Assembly (NCBI RefSeq): GCF_006345805.1
Contig: NC_042997.1
Location: 77,748,001-77,812,000 of the forward strand
Length of the DNA stretch: 64,000 nucleotides
Source of the DNA: Octopus sinensis
Taxonomy: Eukaryota
Direction of reading: 5' to 3'
Below, one piece after another: positions 24,947-36,964 of this stretch. How positions within the stretch are numbered: the stretch's first letter is position 1; every line of letters begins with the position of its first letter. The position numbers and the translations under genes are program-made. Under the pieces are notes generated by a model. That model made no database searches. It saw only the letters and a list, made by a program, of their open reading frames with translations, and was not told the origin of the DNA.

Positions 24947-26806
24947 AATACAACATGGATTCTTGATAATAATACAATCTATTGCTGACTATTACTCTAT
25001 AACATAGTCCTAATCTTCACACCAACTGAATATCATCATCAGTTTTTAAATAAATTACGAAATATCTGCCTTTCCTCTCCTCAATCCCTATAATAAAAGA
25101 TTAAAAAAAAAAACTCAGTGTAATGAATGTTTCTAATTCCCTTTCACAACAAAATATTTACGTATTTGTTATACATGACTGTCTTTCTCAATGTATTTAT
25201 TATATATGAATATTATGCAAATGAATATATATCACTGAATAAATGGTTATCCTATTTTGATATATTCTTGTTCAAAAACTAATCAATAGCTTCTGTATCA
25301 TTTGTCAAGGAATGCAAAGAAATTGAAAATAATTCCTTATGAACATCCAAACACAGAGCAATTTTTCTCGAAATTTTAGTTCTAGTAAGAAGATAAATCA
25401 GAAGTCTTGAAATTTTAAAGTGATTAATTTATAAATTAATTGGTTGTGATAACTTATGAGCATATAGATTGCTGGACTTGATTTTATAATTTATCTTTTA
25501 AAATACTCGACTGAGTCATTTAAGTTAGCCAGCATTAAGTTAGCCAGCATGGAAAATAAATGTTGGTAATAGTATGAAATCTTTAAAATAAGTCACTAAA
25601 TTACTTTGTAATTACGAACGTAAAGTTAGATAATCACTTAATCATAGTTTTGGAAACATTTCTTTAACATTTAATATATCTTTGAAATTGATGTCACCAT
25701 TCCAAACTCTAATCTTTGATATTTTCTCATAATTTCTATATAAGTTTTTATTAGTATTACATGCATTTATAGCTTTAAACATAGAGATTTGGGCACAAAA
25801 CCACATTTTTTATATAATAGCAAGGCATCAAAAGGTTTGTTATTCATGACACAAGCTGGCAAGATTATTACTTAAAGATGTGAGCTAAGCAAAAGAAATA
25901 TTGATCTAATGATTCTTTGATCAGTTGCCCCAGTCACAAGAAGAGCCAACTTCATCTACACACTAAGAAAGAAACTATAAAACATTCTAACATGGTATTA
26001 AGAAACTAAACCATCAAATATCATAGAAGAACCTAAAATAATTGACTTCAGTTAATTCAGTATCATACCCAAGTTGTTATTTATACAGATATTTATCTAG
26101 TTATATTTACTCAAGTTCAGTATTTGTTTAAAATTAGGACGTCAACACACAAATTAAAAAAAAAAACAAGTATAATAATAGTGTAGTCTGCACTGGTTCC
26201 TCTTGAAGAAAACTTCGCATAGTAACAATACAAAGCAGTAACTGGATTTGAAGGGGAGACATCATTATAGTAGTGTTTTACATATGAGCTTATGTGTATA
26301 TTTGAGAGATTAATTCCTTGAAAATGGATCCAGCTGAAAATAATTCTATCATTGAAATAATAATGTATTTATTACTGTTGAACTTGACATTTTAAGTTCA
26401 CGTCTAATGTCAGTCATGAGAAAATGACAGTACTGCAATAGGTGGTTGTGTTTGGCTAGAGGTTTTCATTCCAGATAGAGTTCTTCTAGTGTGGTAACAA
26501 AAGCTCTACAGCAAATTTGATGAGCAGTCTCTTGTCACTATAAAACAGACCACAAGATTTACTGACATTATTAATCTGTCAACCCAACATTTAACTACTG
26601 CACTAATCACATTATCACTGCCAACTAAAACTAATTATTCCCTCTTCCCTCCCTACCCATTTAAAAGGATCTAAAATAATCATGGGAATTGGCCCTCTGT
26701 TTCAGACTTATGAAAATATAAATTAGTCAAATATATCTCTTAAACATTTAAAATGTGCAAGATGAGTTTTCATTTCATTTCATTTCATTTGAGTTTGAGT
26801 CCATGC

Positions 26807-29780
26807 TCAGGCCAAGTCGAAGACTCCACCCTCAGAGTCTGGTGTGGTTGCCAGGTTGTATTCTCTGTTTAATTTTGACATGTGTAGGAGCGAGTTTGAG
26901 TCAGTTTGTGCTCGTTGTGTGTATCCTGGGAGATGGGGTTCATCTCTAATGGTGCTTAAGTATCTATCCAGCTGCAATTTGAATGATTCCACACTGCATC
27001 CTGATAGATTTCTGACATGTACCGGAATGGAGTTGAATAGTTGTGCTCCTCGAACCAACAGACTTGACTCTCGCAGGGTTTTTGCTGCCTGGCCAGCCTT
27101 TTTGTTGATTGGTGGTAGCTGGCAGCGTCTTCCGTGGCGCAGTGAGTGGTAGGTTTTGATACCAAAGTTTGGCACCTTTTGCTCTATCATTTTCCAAATG
27201 TATATAATTCGGTATCGCTCAAATCTTTCTATTGAGTACATCTTCAAGGTTTTGAGTCTTTGCCAATAGTCCAGGTCCCTCGTTTCTGAGAAGTATGAGG
27301 TAAAATTTCTTTGGAGCGATTCCATCTTAGATAGTTGGCCCTTTGTTGGTGATCACAACTGAGAACAGTAGTCAATCCTCGGAAGTATCATACTGTTCCA
27401 GAGGGTTTTCATTGTTGAGGTATCTCTTGATTTGAAGGTGCGCAAGATCCACCCGCTGTACTTTCTTGCAGTAAGACAGACTGAGTCTCTGAATTTTAGG
27501 CTGGTTCCCATGTGGATGCCTAAATCTTTCACATACTGTTTTTCCATTATTTGTTGTCCTGATGGGTTTCTGTAGTTTGTTGTATTTTTCAGATCTTGAT
27601 CTGTTCCGTAGCGAATTAGTTCAAACTTCTTATCATTGAACAACATGTTGTTTGTTTCCTGCCATTTATATATGGTGGTCAGGTCCTTTTGTAAGGCCTC
27701 TGTGTCCACCTCGTCTTTGATTTGTCTCATGACCCTGGTGTCATCAGCAAAGGATGAGACGTTGCTGGTTGTATCTTCATCTAGGTCAGAGATGAGGATG
27801 AGAAGCAGGATTGGGCCGAGTACTGTACCCTGAGGAACACTGCTGGTCACAGGTGATGGTGTTGAATGGTTCCATTCACAGTGACTGTTTGAGTTCTATT
27901 TGTAAGGAACTCATGTATCCATGTACCAACTTTTCCTCCCACTCCTAGCTTTCGAAGTTTGTGACCCAGGATGCCATGATCTACCTTGTCAAATGCCTTG
28001 GCAAAGTCGAGGTAAATAACATCTGTGTTGCATCCATTCTCTAGATTTTCTAGGATTTGGTCATGGTGTGCCAGTAGTTGGGAAAGACATGATCTACCTA
28101 ACCTGAATCCATGCTGGTTGCAACTCATCAGATTGTTGGATTCCAGGAACTCAACCAGTTTTCCACGAACTATTCTTTCGAAGACCTTGATAATGTGTGA
28201 TGTCAGTGAGATTGGTCGGTAGTTCTTTGGTTCTGATTTGCTGTCCCCTTTATGTATTGGAGTTATGTGTGCTTCTTTATATGTATTTGGTATTTTGCCA
28301 TTCTCCATAGATTCCCTCCATATCATGTAAAGGGGTTTCAACAATTGTACCTTGCAGTTTTTAAGTATCATGGCATTGAAACCGTCGGGCCCCACAGCCG
28401 AGTGCATGGAGAGCTTGTCTATGGCTCTTTCTATGTCTTCTGGGTTGAAATCAATGTCGGATAGGGTAGGTTTAGTATGGTCGATATCCTTGAAGAATTT
28501 TCCTGGGTCATGGATCTTCATGGTTTTAGATGGCTCACTGAAGACACTTTCATACTGTTGACCCAACATTTCTGCCATTTCAATAGGGTTATTCACTATA
28601 TCCCCATTTTGTCTCTGGAGAGGTCCTATTGTTGACTTGGTATTTGAGTATTTCTTTGCAAAACTGTAGAAACATTTTGGATTTTTCTTGATGTTTTCTA
28701 TGGCTCTCTTTTCTGCATTGTTATGTTCTTCCTCATAGTGTTGTTTTAGATTGTCTTCTAATCTGTATATTTGGTCAAGGACTTTCTGTAATTCATGTTT
28801 TGATGTCAGCTTAGATGTTTTGTTTTTTAGTCTTGACCTTTTGCGCATCAGGATCTTTCGCTCCCGTGGTACAGGTTTTTTTGTGGATTTGGTTTTCTTA
28901 AGAGGAATATTTTTTGCACATATTTCTTCGATCTTGTTTAAGAATTTCTTGTGTTTATCTGGCCCAGTAAGGTAGAGATCCCAGTCAATGATTTGTAACT
29001 GGTTGTTAATAGTTTCCCAATTTGCCTGGTGATAATCATACCTGCATAGCTTTGGCATGTCCTTTTGTTTAAGAGTTGTGGCATTGGGCTCATTACCAAT
29101 GTGTAAATGCATTTCAATAATATTGTGGTCTGAAAGAATTGCTGGGGTTGAGTGAAGGTCAAATAGCGTGTCCTCGTTGTTGGTGAAAATCAAGTCGATC
29201 ATATTATTATTTCTTGTTGCTTCTGTCATCATTTGTTTGAGGTATAATTTCTCTGTGACTTCCAACAGTTTGGCTGCCTGTATTTGTTCAGCTTTTGTCC
29301 CCAGTTTTAGTATGTGTCCATGTGGCCAGATGATGTTAGGGAAGTTGAAGTCACCAAGGAGGATAATGTCTGGCATTGGACTCGCCATGTTTCCCAGAAT
29401 TTGTTGGAGCTTTGTCAGTGGCTCAGTGAAGGATAATGTTGGGCTGTTTGGCGGTCTGTACATTATTGTTACAACTGTATTAAGTTGGATGATTTTTATG
29501 CACAGCAGGTTGCAGTAGGCATTTGATTCATTGACAAGTTCTATGCATGCATAGGTATCATGGATATACATGATAACGCCCCCATGGGATCTGCCTTGTC
29601 TATCACATCTGAAGATGTTGAATTTATTGATTGTGATTTCGCTGTTGCGGATGTTTTCGTTGAGATGACTTTCAGTAATTCCAATTATTTTGGAGTTGTT
29701 TTCTGTTGCTAATTCTTCCAAGAAAGGGATTTTACACTGTTTTGTTTTCGGATAAAGACCCTGGATATTTGCTGTTATTA
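26807..29780 (-). pseudogene. LINE ORF2 (APE + reverse transcriptase), disrupted
   Basis: TANIQGL, IGITESHL, MYRPP, LGDFNFP, SDHN, GPDG, NYRPISLTS, QHGFRLGRSC, YLDFAKAFDKVDH, VPQGTVLGP, FADD. 1-bp frameshift near 27860; TGA replacing Trp near 27354. Confidence 0.92.
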
Positions 29781-31280
29781 TGCTTGTTGTACCGGATACA
29801 TCTGCCCTATTGTTGGCAAGACTGTTGTAGTTGCTGGGACTGTGCTGACTGGATATTCGGTCTGCTGGGCTGTCTGTATTTGTTGTATGTGCCCTGTAAG
29901 TCCAGGTGTCAGCCTTTGTATCAATGTTGCCTGGTTTTGCTGAGTCGTCTGTATGGAGTACAGCTGTTGTTGTAGTTGGTAGATTATGCCTAAAAAACTG
30001 CTTTCATTCATTACTATATCGAATTTCTGTGAGTTTGGGTTTGTTACAGCTGATGTATACAATTGAGTAGCATGATTTTCATTCACTGTTGAACCATGAC
30101 CTGGTTTCCGCATTTTTGGGAAATGGTTTTCATACCCTGCTGAGCTTGGTCCTGGTGGTGTGGGTTCAGTAGTTTTTATGCGAATTGTACCCTTCCGGTG
30201 CATAAATTTACAATTCTCGCCAAAACATTCTTTTTTTCTCAGCGAATTGCGGCACATCTTTGGGTGAAGGAGCTCACATTCTCGGCCATTTTGGCATCCT
30301 TTTTTCCGATCAGTACCAAAGTTGATATATGGTTTGCATGGTTTGGGGTGACTGTACGTGCACCCTGTACCTGAAAGACCATGTTTGCACTTGTTGCGCC
30401 TGTAATGGATACATACTGGCCTTTCTTCATTTGAGTATTTGCTCTGAATCTGTTTCTTTTCGTGGGAAGTTTGGTCTTTTTCTGCAGGATCTCCTGTTTC
30501 TTGTTTTGTAGGTGTTTGCATGTCATTGTCTTCATTCTTGTCATTTACAAGAGGCACTTGGATGGCCTGTGTGTGGCAGGATTTATTTGCCATGTCAGTT
30601 TCGCCAATCAATGTCTGTTTAGAACGGCCTGTCTGTGGTAGGGTCCTAGGTTCATTCGTTATTGTGGCCCTTGGTGAACAATAACCGCATAGCCAGTGTA
30701 GGCCTAGAATATCTGGAATGGTGTGGTTATTTATCTTTTTTAAGTAGCACGCTTCGTGTATTCCTTGTCCACAGATGAAGCATGCCAAAGCTGGTTTTTG
30801 GCCAAATGTAATGCAGTACTATTTGTCACACATTTTGCAAGTCTCCGGGAGGAAGTTTTCAATCCTTGTTATAATCCAGTTGGTGAGGTTTGGTTTTGTG
30901 AGCTCAACTTGAACACCATCATTCAAGAAATAGCTTGAGATTTAGAATTGTTTGACTTGAATGGAGAGGGGGAAAGGAGCAGTGGTTGATTTTGTACACT
31001 GGCTGAGATAGTAGTAGTAGTAGCAATGGTACTTGAGTTGTTAGTGGAGCTATGGTGGTGGGATATGGAGGAAGTAGGAGTGGTTGGGATGGGTCACTGG
31101 TAGAATGGAATGTTTGGCTTTGGCCACTAGGAGTAGTAGCAGGAGGAGGGGGGAGGGAAGTAGCAGTGGAAGATGGAAACAATGATGATGACGATAATGA
31201 CAACGATGATGGTGATGGCAGTGGGTCTATTAGTTCTTTTAGCTGTTGATGTGAATGTTGTAGTTGTATCCACTTCAATA
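29778..31280 (-). pseudogene. LINE ORF1 with PHD finger and three CCCH zinc fingers
   Basis: CKMC..(stop)..CFICGQGIHEAC..WLCGYC (PHD). CIHYRRNKCKHG..CTYSH, CKPY..GCQNG.ECELLH, CRNS...ECFGENCKFMH. Gln-rich C-terminus; upstream part low complexity. Confidence 0.8.
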
Positions 31281-32501
31281 TATGACCAGTTGCGATATTT
31301 AGAGATGTGTTTTTTTGTTACTGTTGCTGTTGTTGTGAACTATTTATTGTTTTTCAGTGTCTTCGATTCGTTGTTGATCACTTAACCAAGTTGTTTGTGC
31401 AACAAAAAAATATAGATAATAACATTAAATGGGCTGTAGTGAGTAAAAAATTTCGGGCTAGTTTATCCACGTGGTTACAGGTTTCTCACAGTGAGATACG
31501 AAGTAGAGTTATTAAAGAGATGGCCAACTCTTTTAGCAATGAAATTGAAGTTTGAGGCATGTATGTTATCGGTTTGAAAGAGAATGAACCATGAGTTAAT
31601 GAAAGTATCTACTTCAATGACCAGTTGCGATATTTAAAGATGTGTTTTTTGTTACTGTTGTTGTGAGCTACTTATTGTTTTTCAGTGTCTTCGATTCGTT
31701 GTTGATCACTTAACCAAGTTGTTTGCGCAACAAGAAATATAGATAATAACAGTAAATATAGGTAATAAATATAGGTAATGGCAAATAAGGATAGAAATAT
31801 TCAAAATATTAACTTCTGTGGTGTATTGAACAGTAGGAGACAATAGTACTGGTATATGTTATAATTCTGAGATAATGTAAACTATTGTGTGTTTGTTAAT
31901 AGGAATATTGTGTACTTACGAATAATTATTGTTATCGTTATAGTATTATATCTTTCATAATACTTGTGCACGATACAAAAATGTAGCTTTCACTGGAATT
32001 AAGGCTGTGTTGTTTTTGAGAAGGAAGAATTTTCAGTTGAGTTTTCAGTTGAAAATTGTAAAGTTGGGTTCATATGTATTCTGTTCCAACAGCTACTTAA
32101 TGGTCAGAGCGAGCTGAAAAAGCTGTCTTGATAAAGATTATAATATTCCTGACTGATAACCTCATCTGCAGAGTATTCATGTCTACTTTTCAGTCAAAAT
32201 AACAATACTGAGTTGATAAACAGACCTGGCCTCATGGAATTATCAGCAAGTGTTATATATACTGCTTCTTTGATTTATGTATTTCCATTGTTCTTTAGAA
32301 ATTACAGAAATGTCATTACACCCATATATGTTCAACCATTCCTGACTTCAATGTCTCATTTCTCATTAAGGCTTTCCAAAATGCTTCTATTTTGAATTTT
32401 ACAGTCTTCTAGTTTCTCCTTTATAAGACTACAGAATATTATACAATGTAGTTCTTTATATTATAAATACAGTACTTCCTGTGACTCTTAGATAGATTTA
32501 A

Positions 32502-32702
32502 CCCTTTAGTACTTAAACCATCCATATCCAGCCCAAATATACTTCCTTTTTTATGTTCAAACCAACAAGATCCAGCTTCTCACGCTTACCCTTCAATGTC
32601 ATTCTAAAAATTTAGAATCATATCAAAATAATGCATGATTAATTAAAAATGATGTGAATAAAAATACATTACATTCAACAGAGTAATCTGAAAGTTAAAG
32701 GG
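32502..32702. mobile_element. piggyBac-type MITE
   Basis: TTAA|CCCTTTA...TAAAGGG|TTAA termini. Confidence 0.75.
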
Positions 32703-33897
32703 TTAAGCTTGTTACAAAGGATTATGCTATATTTGAACACAGTTCTAATGTCAGGTATTGCAGATGTTCTGAATTTTATCAGGCAGACTTTTGCAGTAAG
32801 TCAAGGCACAGTGGAGTTTGGTTTAATATTTCTTTTGTGTTTAAGAATCACTGTGTACCTCATAGAATGGCCAGTTGCAGTAGTCTACTTGAGTATAATT
32901 TTATCAAACTTTATTTTTTTATAACCTAAGTACTTTAGTCAGACTTTAAGTACTTTAGAAACTATAGAAACATCTGAATTATTTTTAATCAGTGAAATAT
33001 GAAGTCAGTACTGTAAATGAGAACTGGAGGCTATGTTTAAGTCTTTTGACAGGTTTTAAAAGTGATAGAAAACAATATGATCCAGTATTCTCATATTTGG
33101 TATAAATTCTATGTCAAAAGATAAAAACATTGTTATTGAAAATTAAAGACCAAGAGACTGATGTGTGGTAATCAATAATAGATTTTAGAGTGTTTCTGTT
33201 ACAAATTTTGTTTAAAGTAATGTTTTGTTTTAAAGAGAGAAATATGAAGGAAACAAGTTCAAACCAAGTTCAAATTTATTTCTTCAGAATCAAACACTTC
33301 AATGGTAAAATGTTGACAAGCCAATACAGTTTGAAATTCTATGTGAATTATTGTTCAGATAGTATAGTGAATTCTACAAATAATACTTTTAAAATGAGTG
33401 TGGGAAAAGCAATTTCAGAGAAGTAATTTAGAAACGATCAATATTTGGATTTGCTTGGAATGAAAGATAATAGATTCCTGATTTTGTGTACATAAGCAGC
33501 ACAGCTTTAAATCAATAACAGATGTCACTAAACTTGATTCAACTATAAAAGACTATTGATTTGCAAATTTGGATGTACAACAAGCAGAGAAAACATGCAG
33601 AATTCTAAGAATGGGTAATAGAATCCAAACTGATATGGAAGAAATCATAATGAATAAACTGATTATTTTTTTAATGAAGTATTCAAATCATTGAATCAAA
33701 TGCTAGATTACACAATCAATAAGAACATTTTTTTAAATGTTTCCTCGTCTAATTTTTCAATCCAAATATGTTCAGTGAGTGTACATAATTTCCATTAACT
33801 GATGATGCAGACATTTTACAGTTATATCTGTGCAAGTGTAGAATTAAATCTTGATAGGTCTACTTCAAGTAATTGATAAAAAAGCAGTAACCATTAC

Positions 33898-33970
33898 CTT
33901 TCAAACTATGAAATTGGTTGCAGTCAATAGGTTGGAGAAGGAAGGGTGCCACACTGCTAACTTGATCACA
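33898..33970 (-). CDS. Candidate exon (phase 0: CDQVSSVAPFLLQPIDCNQFHSLK)
   Basis: gtcttcatgcag|...TGAAAG|gtaatg; open in phase 0; unidentified. Confidence 0.3.
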
Positions 33971-35039
33971 CTGCATGAAGACTAATTCTTTAGTGTTTTC
34001 ACTAGTAGCAACATTGAGTAAGGCATGAAATCACAGCATCTCATTTCTCTTTCTCTGACACAGCTTTATGCCTTTAAGACTAGTCAGTATCAACAACTTG
34101 GAAAAATTAAATTTGCAGTAGTATCCCAGTGACTAAAAAGGTTGCAGAATATTACAACTAAGTGGTGAACTAAGTAATTATCAGATAGAAAAATGAATGA
34201 AAGATAAATACTAAGAATACACTATTTTGATTGCACTTCAAGCCTTAAGACCAATGATGAACAGTAAATACATACACAATGTTCTTCTATACGAAACAAA
34301 CTTATTTTTTTAAAATTCTTATTGTTTCTGTTAAAAACTAGGTCATTGCCTATTGCTATGCTTTCCTGAAAAATATTTGTTAATCATGCACTTATCTTCA
34401 TAAAAGGGAAAGTCTTTTTTTGTAGTCTGTGTTGATTATATGTTGAAAGTCACTGAAATACACACTCTCTCTCTCTCTCTCTCTTACTATATTTTTCTCT
34501 CTCAACAATTTTTCCCCTCCCCTTCTATTCAAAGTGGAAGTCTTTTTTAAAGTCTGTGTTGCGTTTGTCTATATGACAAAAGACAGAAACACACACAACC
34601 AACCCCTAAAAATTATATATATATACATATACACTTGCACTTGAAATTCCTGCATTTTAAATCAAAATTTCTTAGTTGCTATGGTGACTATGGTGACAGC
34701 ACTATTTATCTATCTTTCACTGTTTTTCCCTCTCAACAACAACTTTTTCTCTTCCCCTTCTTTCCCTCCCTCTTATAGATGTTATGATGGACAGATGGAA
34801 ATCCACTTCTCTTTTAAAATATGTTTTTTAATTTATTTCAGCCTACTAAATTAAGGTTAACCAAATGAGTGTGGCAATTCTTCATGAAATTGCCATAATC
34901 TCTTCTGCAAATAAAAAATTTATATGAAAACTATTCCTTAATTCCTTTCCTTGTTTCTGTCATTTGACTGCAGCCATGCTGGAGCACTGCTTTAATATTT
35001 TTCTTTTTGTTTTTTTACATAAAAAAGAAGTTACAATTT

Positions 35040-35220
35040 TTTTACATGAGTAAAAAGTTCCACACATAAGGCTGTAGTCACCTTACATGAGCACAAGACT
35101 CCAGTCATCTTATGCGAGACCAGATTCTAGTCATCTTATGTGAGCATAAGATTCCACATATCTTACATGAATATAAGGGTCCATATATCTTATGTGAGAA
35201 TAAGGTTCCAGTTATCTTAA
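35040..35220. repeat. Degenerate ~27-bp minisatellite
   Basis: Unit approx. TCTTATGTGAGCATAAGATTCCAGTCA, about 6 copies. Confidence 0.75.
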
Positions 35221-35899
35221 TTTAATTATAACTGAAAAATCCAGCATTGCCTGGGCTGAAGACATAGAGAATTGACATTAATGTCACAATTTAATTATAG
35301 TGAAATTACTGGATTTAAAAAAAGGGGGGGGCAAAGCATCAGTCTAAGTAACCCGCAAAACTTGTTTATCATTTAGAAAGTATTTTTGGATTTCTGTTTT
35401 AAACAGCAGATGACATTTCTGTTAAACCATATTCTAAAATATTAACTCATAATCTTTGCCCCTAGAAATTAACTTTTTTTTCATAGAATCATAATCTTCT
35501 ATATCTCAACCAGAATTCTGAAAAAAATTCCAAGAAAACAATTCAAAATTGAAAGAAAAATTGTAATTTTGAGAATGCTTAAACCTAGAAATTCAAAAGA
35601 AATCTGAAACTCACACACAAGTTACAGAACTCTTGAATGAAACTTCTGGGGTAATTCTCAATTTCTTTAGGATAGAAAACAGTTCCTGCAACCACAATTT
35701 AATCACTATGCAGCTGTTAATTCACTCCATGTAACACCTGGTGTTTCAGTTTATATGTGCATGTATAGGGTGGGTGTTGGTGTGGGAGAGGGAGAAAGAA
35801 AACCAACTGTGAGTCACCAAACTATAGCCCACAGCCAGATCCAGCCCATGAGGTCAGTTCATCCAGCCCACCACCACACAGTACCTTTTGTGTAAGTAC

Positions 35900-36031
35900 C
35901 TGCAATGAGAGTTCATTTGCTTCTGGTATGGCATCAGTGAAGTCAGCACATTGAATGAAATTGACTGATAATGATTTGAAAGCAATTCTCTTGATTGGAT
36001 GCAGCAATTCCAAAGCAAATATTGATGATAT
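35900..36031 (-). CDS. Candidate 132-bp internal exon of an unidentified gene
   Basis: tagcttttaag|ATATCA...TTGCAG|gtactt; open in phase 0 (ISSIFALELLHPIKRIAF...) and phase 2 (YHQYLLWNCCIQ...). Confidence 0.45.
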
Positions 36032-36750
36032 CTTAAAAGCTAAACACCAGTTTCACAAATCTCACTAACTTTTTTTGCTGCTTAATTTGTAAGGTTCAGA
36101 TATATGCACACTGGGTGTGATATAACTATCTTACTGCTAACATGATAACATTTTAGTAAATAAATATTTATTTTTTGTGTATTCACTGTATTGTATCTGA
36201 CAAAATAGTTATGTTGTCTGCACTTGTCATTCTCTCAATTATCTGCCCCACCATGAAAAAAGTTTAGTGACTCCTGACTTAGACTAATAAATGCTGAGAA
36301 TTCAGAACATGAAGAGCCAGAAGTGCAAAGTATTTTCTTTGATGCACTATATTTACTCTATGTGTGTGTGTGTGTGTGTGCGCGCGTATGCATGTGTGAG
36401 GGAGAGAGGAGTGTATCTACATGCAAGTACATAAGAGTATCTGTTAATTCAATGTTCTGTGTATAATAGTATATGCATGTGTATATGTGTCTATTCATAC
36501 ATGTATAAGACAAGTTGGTCAAATGACAACCCTAGAGTGTGTCTTCAACTTTAATATCATTCTCCACTCTCACTTTGAAGCTTGTATTAAGGTAGCATAC
36601 AAATATACACACCTATGTACAGTCAGATACATATGCATGCAAATACCCATCCTTACATAAACACATATGTACATATACACATGCATGGCAGAAACATTTA
36701 CAGGAAGAGTAACCTTTACCTAGACTTGTGGTAGATACATTGCAGCTCAC

Positions 36751-36784
36751 CTATATGAATATGAGGCAGCCATTAAACACTTCA
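36751..36784 (-). CDS. Candidate 34-bp exon (VKCLMAASYSY)
   Basis: Strong acceptor ccttatctctcttattag and donor TAG|gtgagc; phase 1 to 2 open. Confidence 0.35.
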
Positions 36785-36964
36785 CTAATAAGAGAGATAA
36801 GGAAGCCTCTACAGTTCTATATTTAAGAGATAAGGAATTATGTACATTATTTAAGACAAAAAAAAATAAAGAAAGAAAAAAACCTTGATTTGTTCAATCA
36901 AAACAAAGTACTAGATATTTTGGGAAGAAACAAAATTGCAAGATGCTAATATATTTTTCTAGGA

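Larger units (their letters stand above)
26768..31760 (-). mobile_element. Near full-length CR1/L2-group LINE with (TGAAA)n tail
   Basis: ORF1 and ORF2 below; (TTTCA)n at 26768-26790 on plus; 5' boundary approximate. Confidence 0.93.

Noticed and set aside
25280-26560. Several strong minus-strand acceptors followed by short protein-like frames (25381, 25955, 26334, 26538)
   Set aside because: Each ends in a stop or lacks a donor; cannot be told from chance without RNA data.
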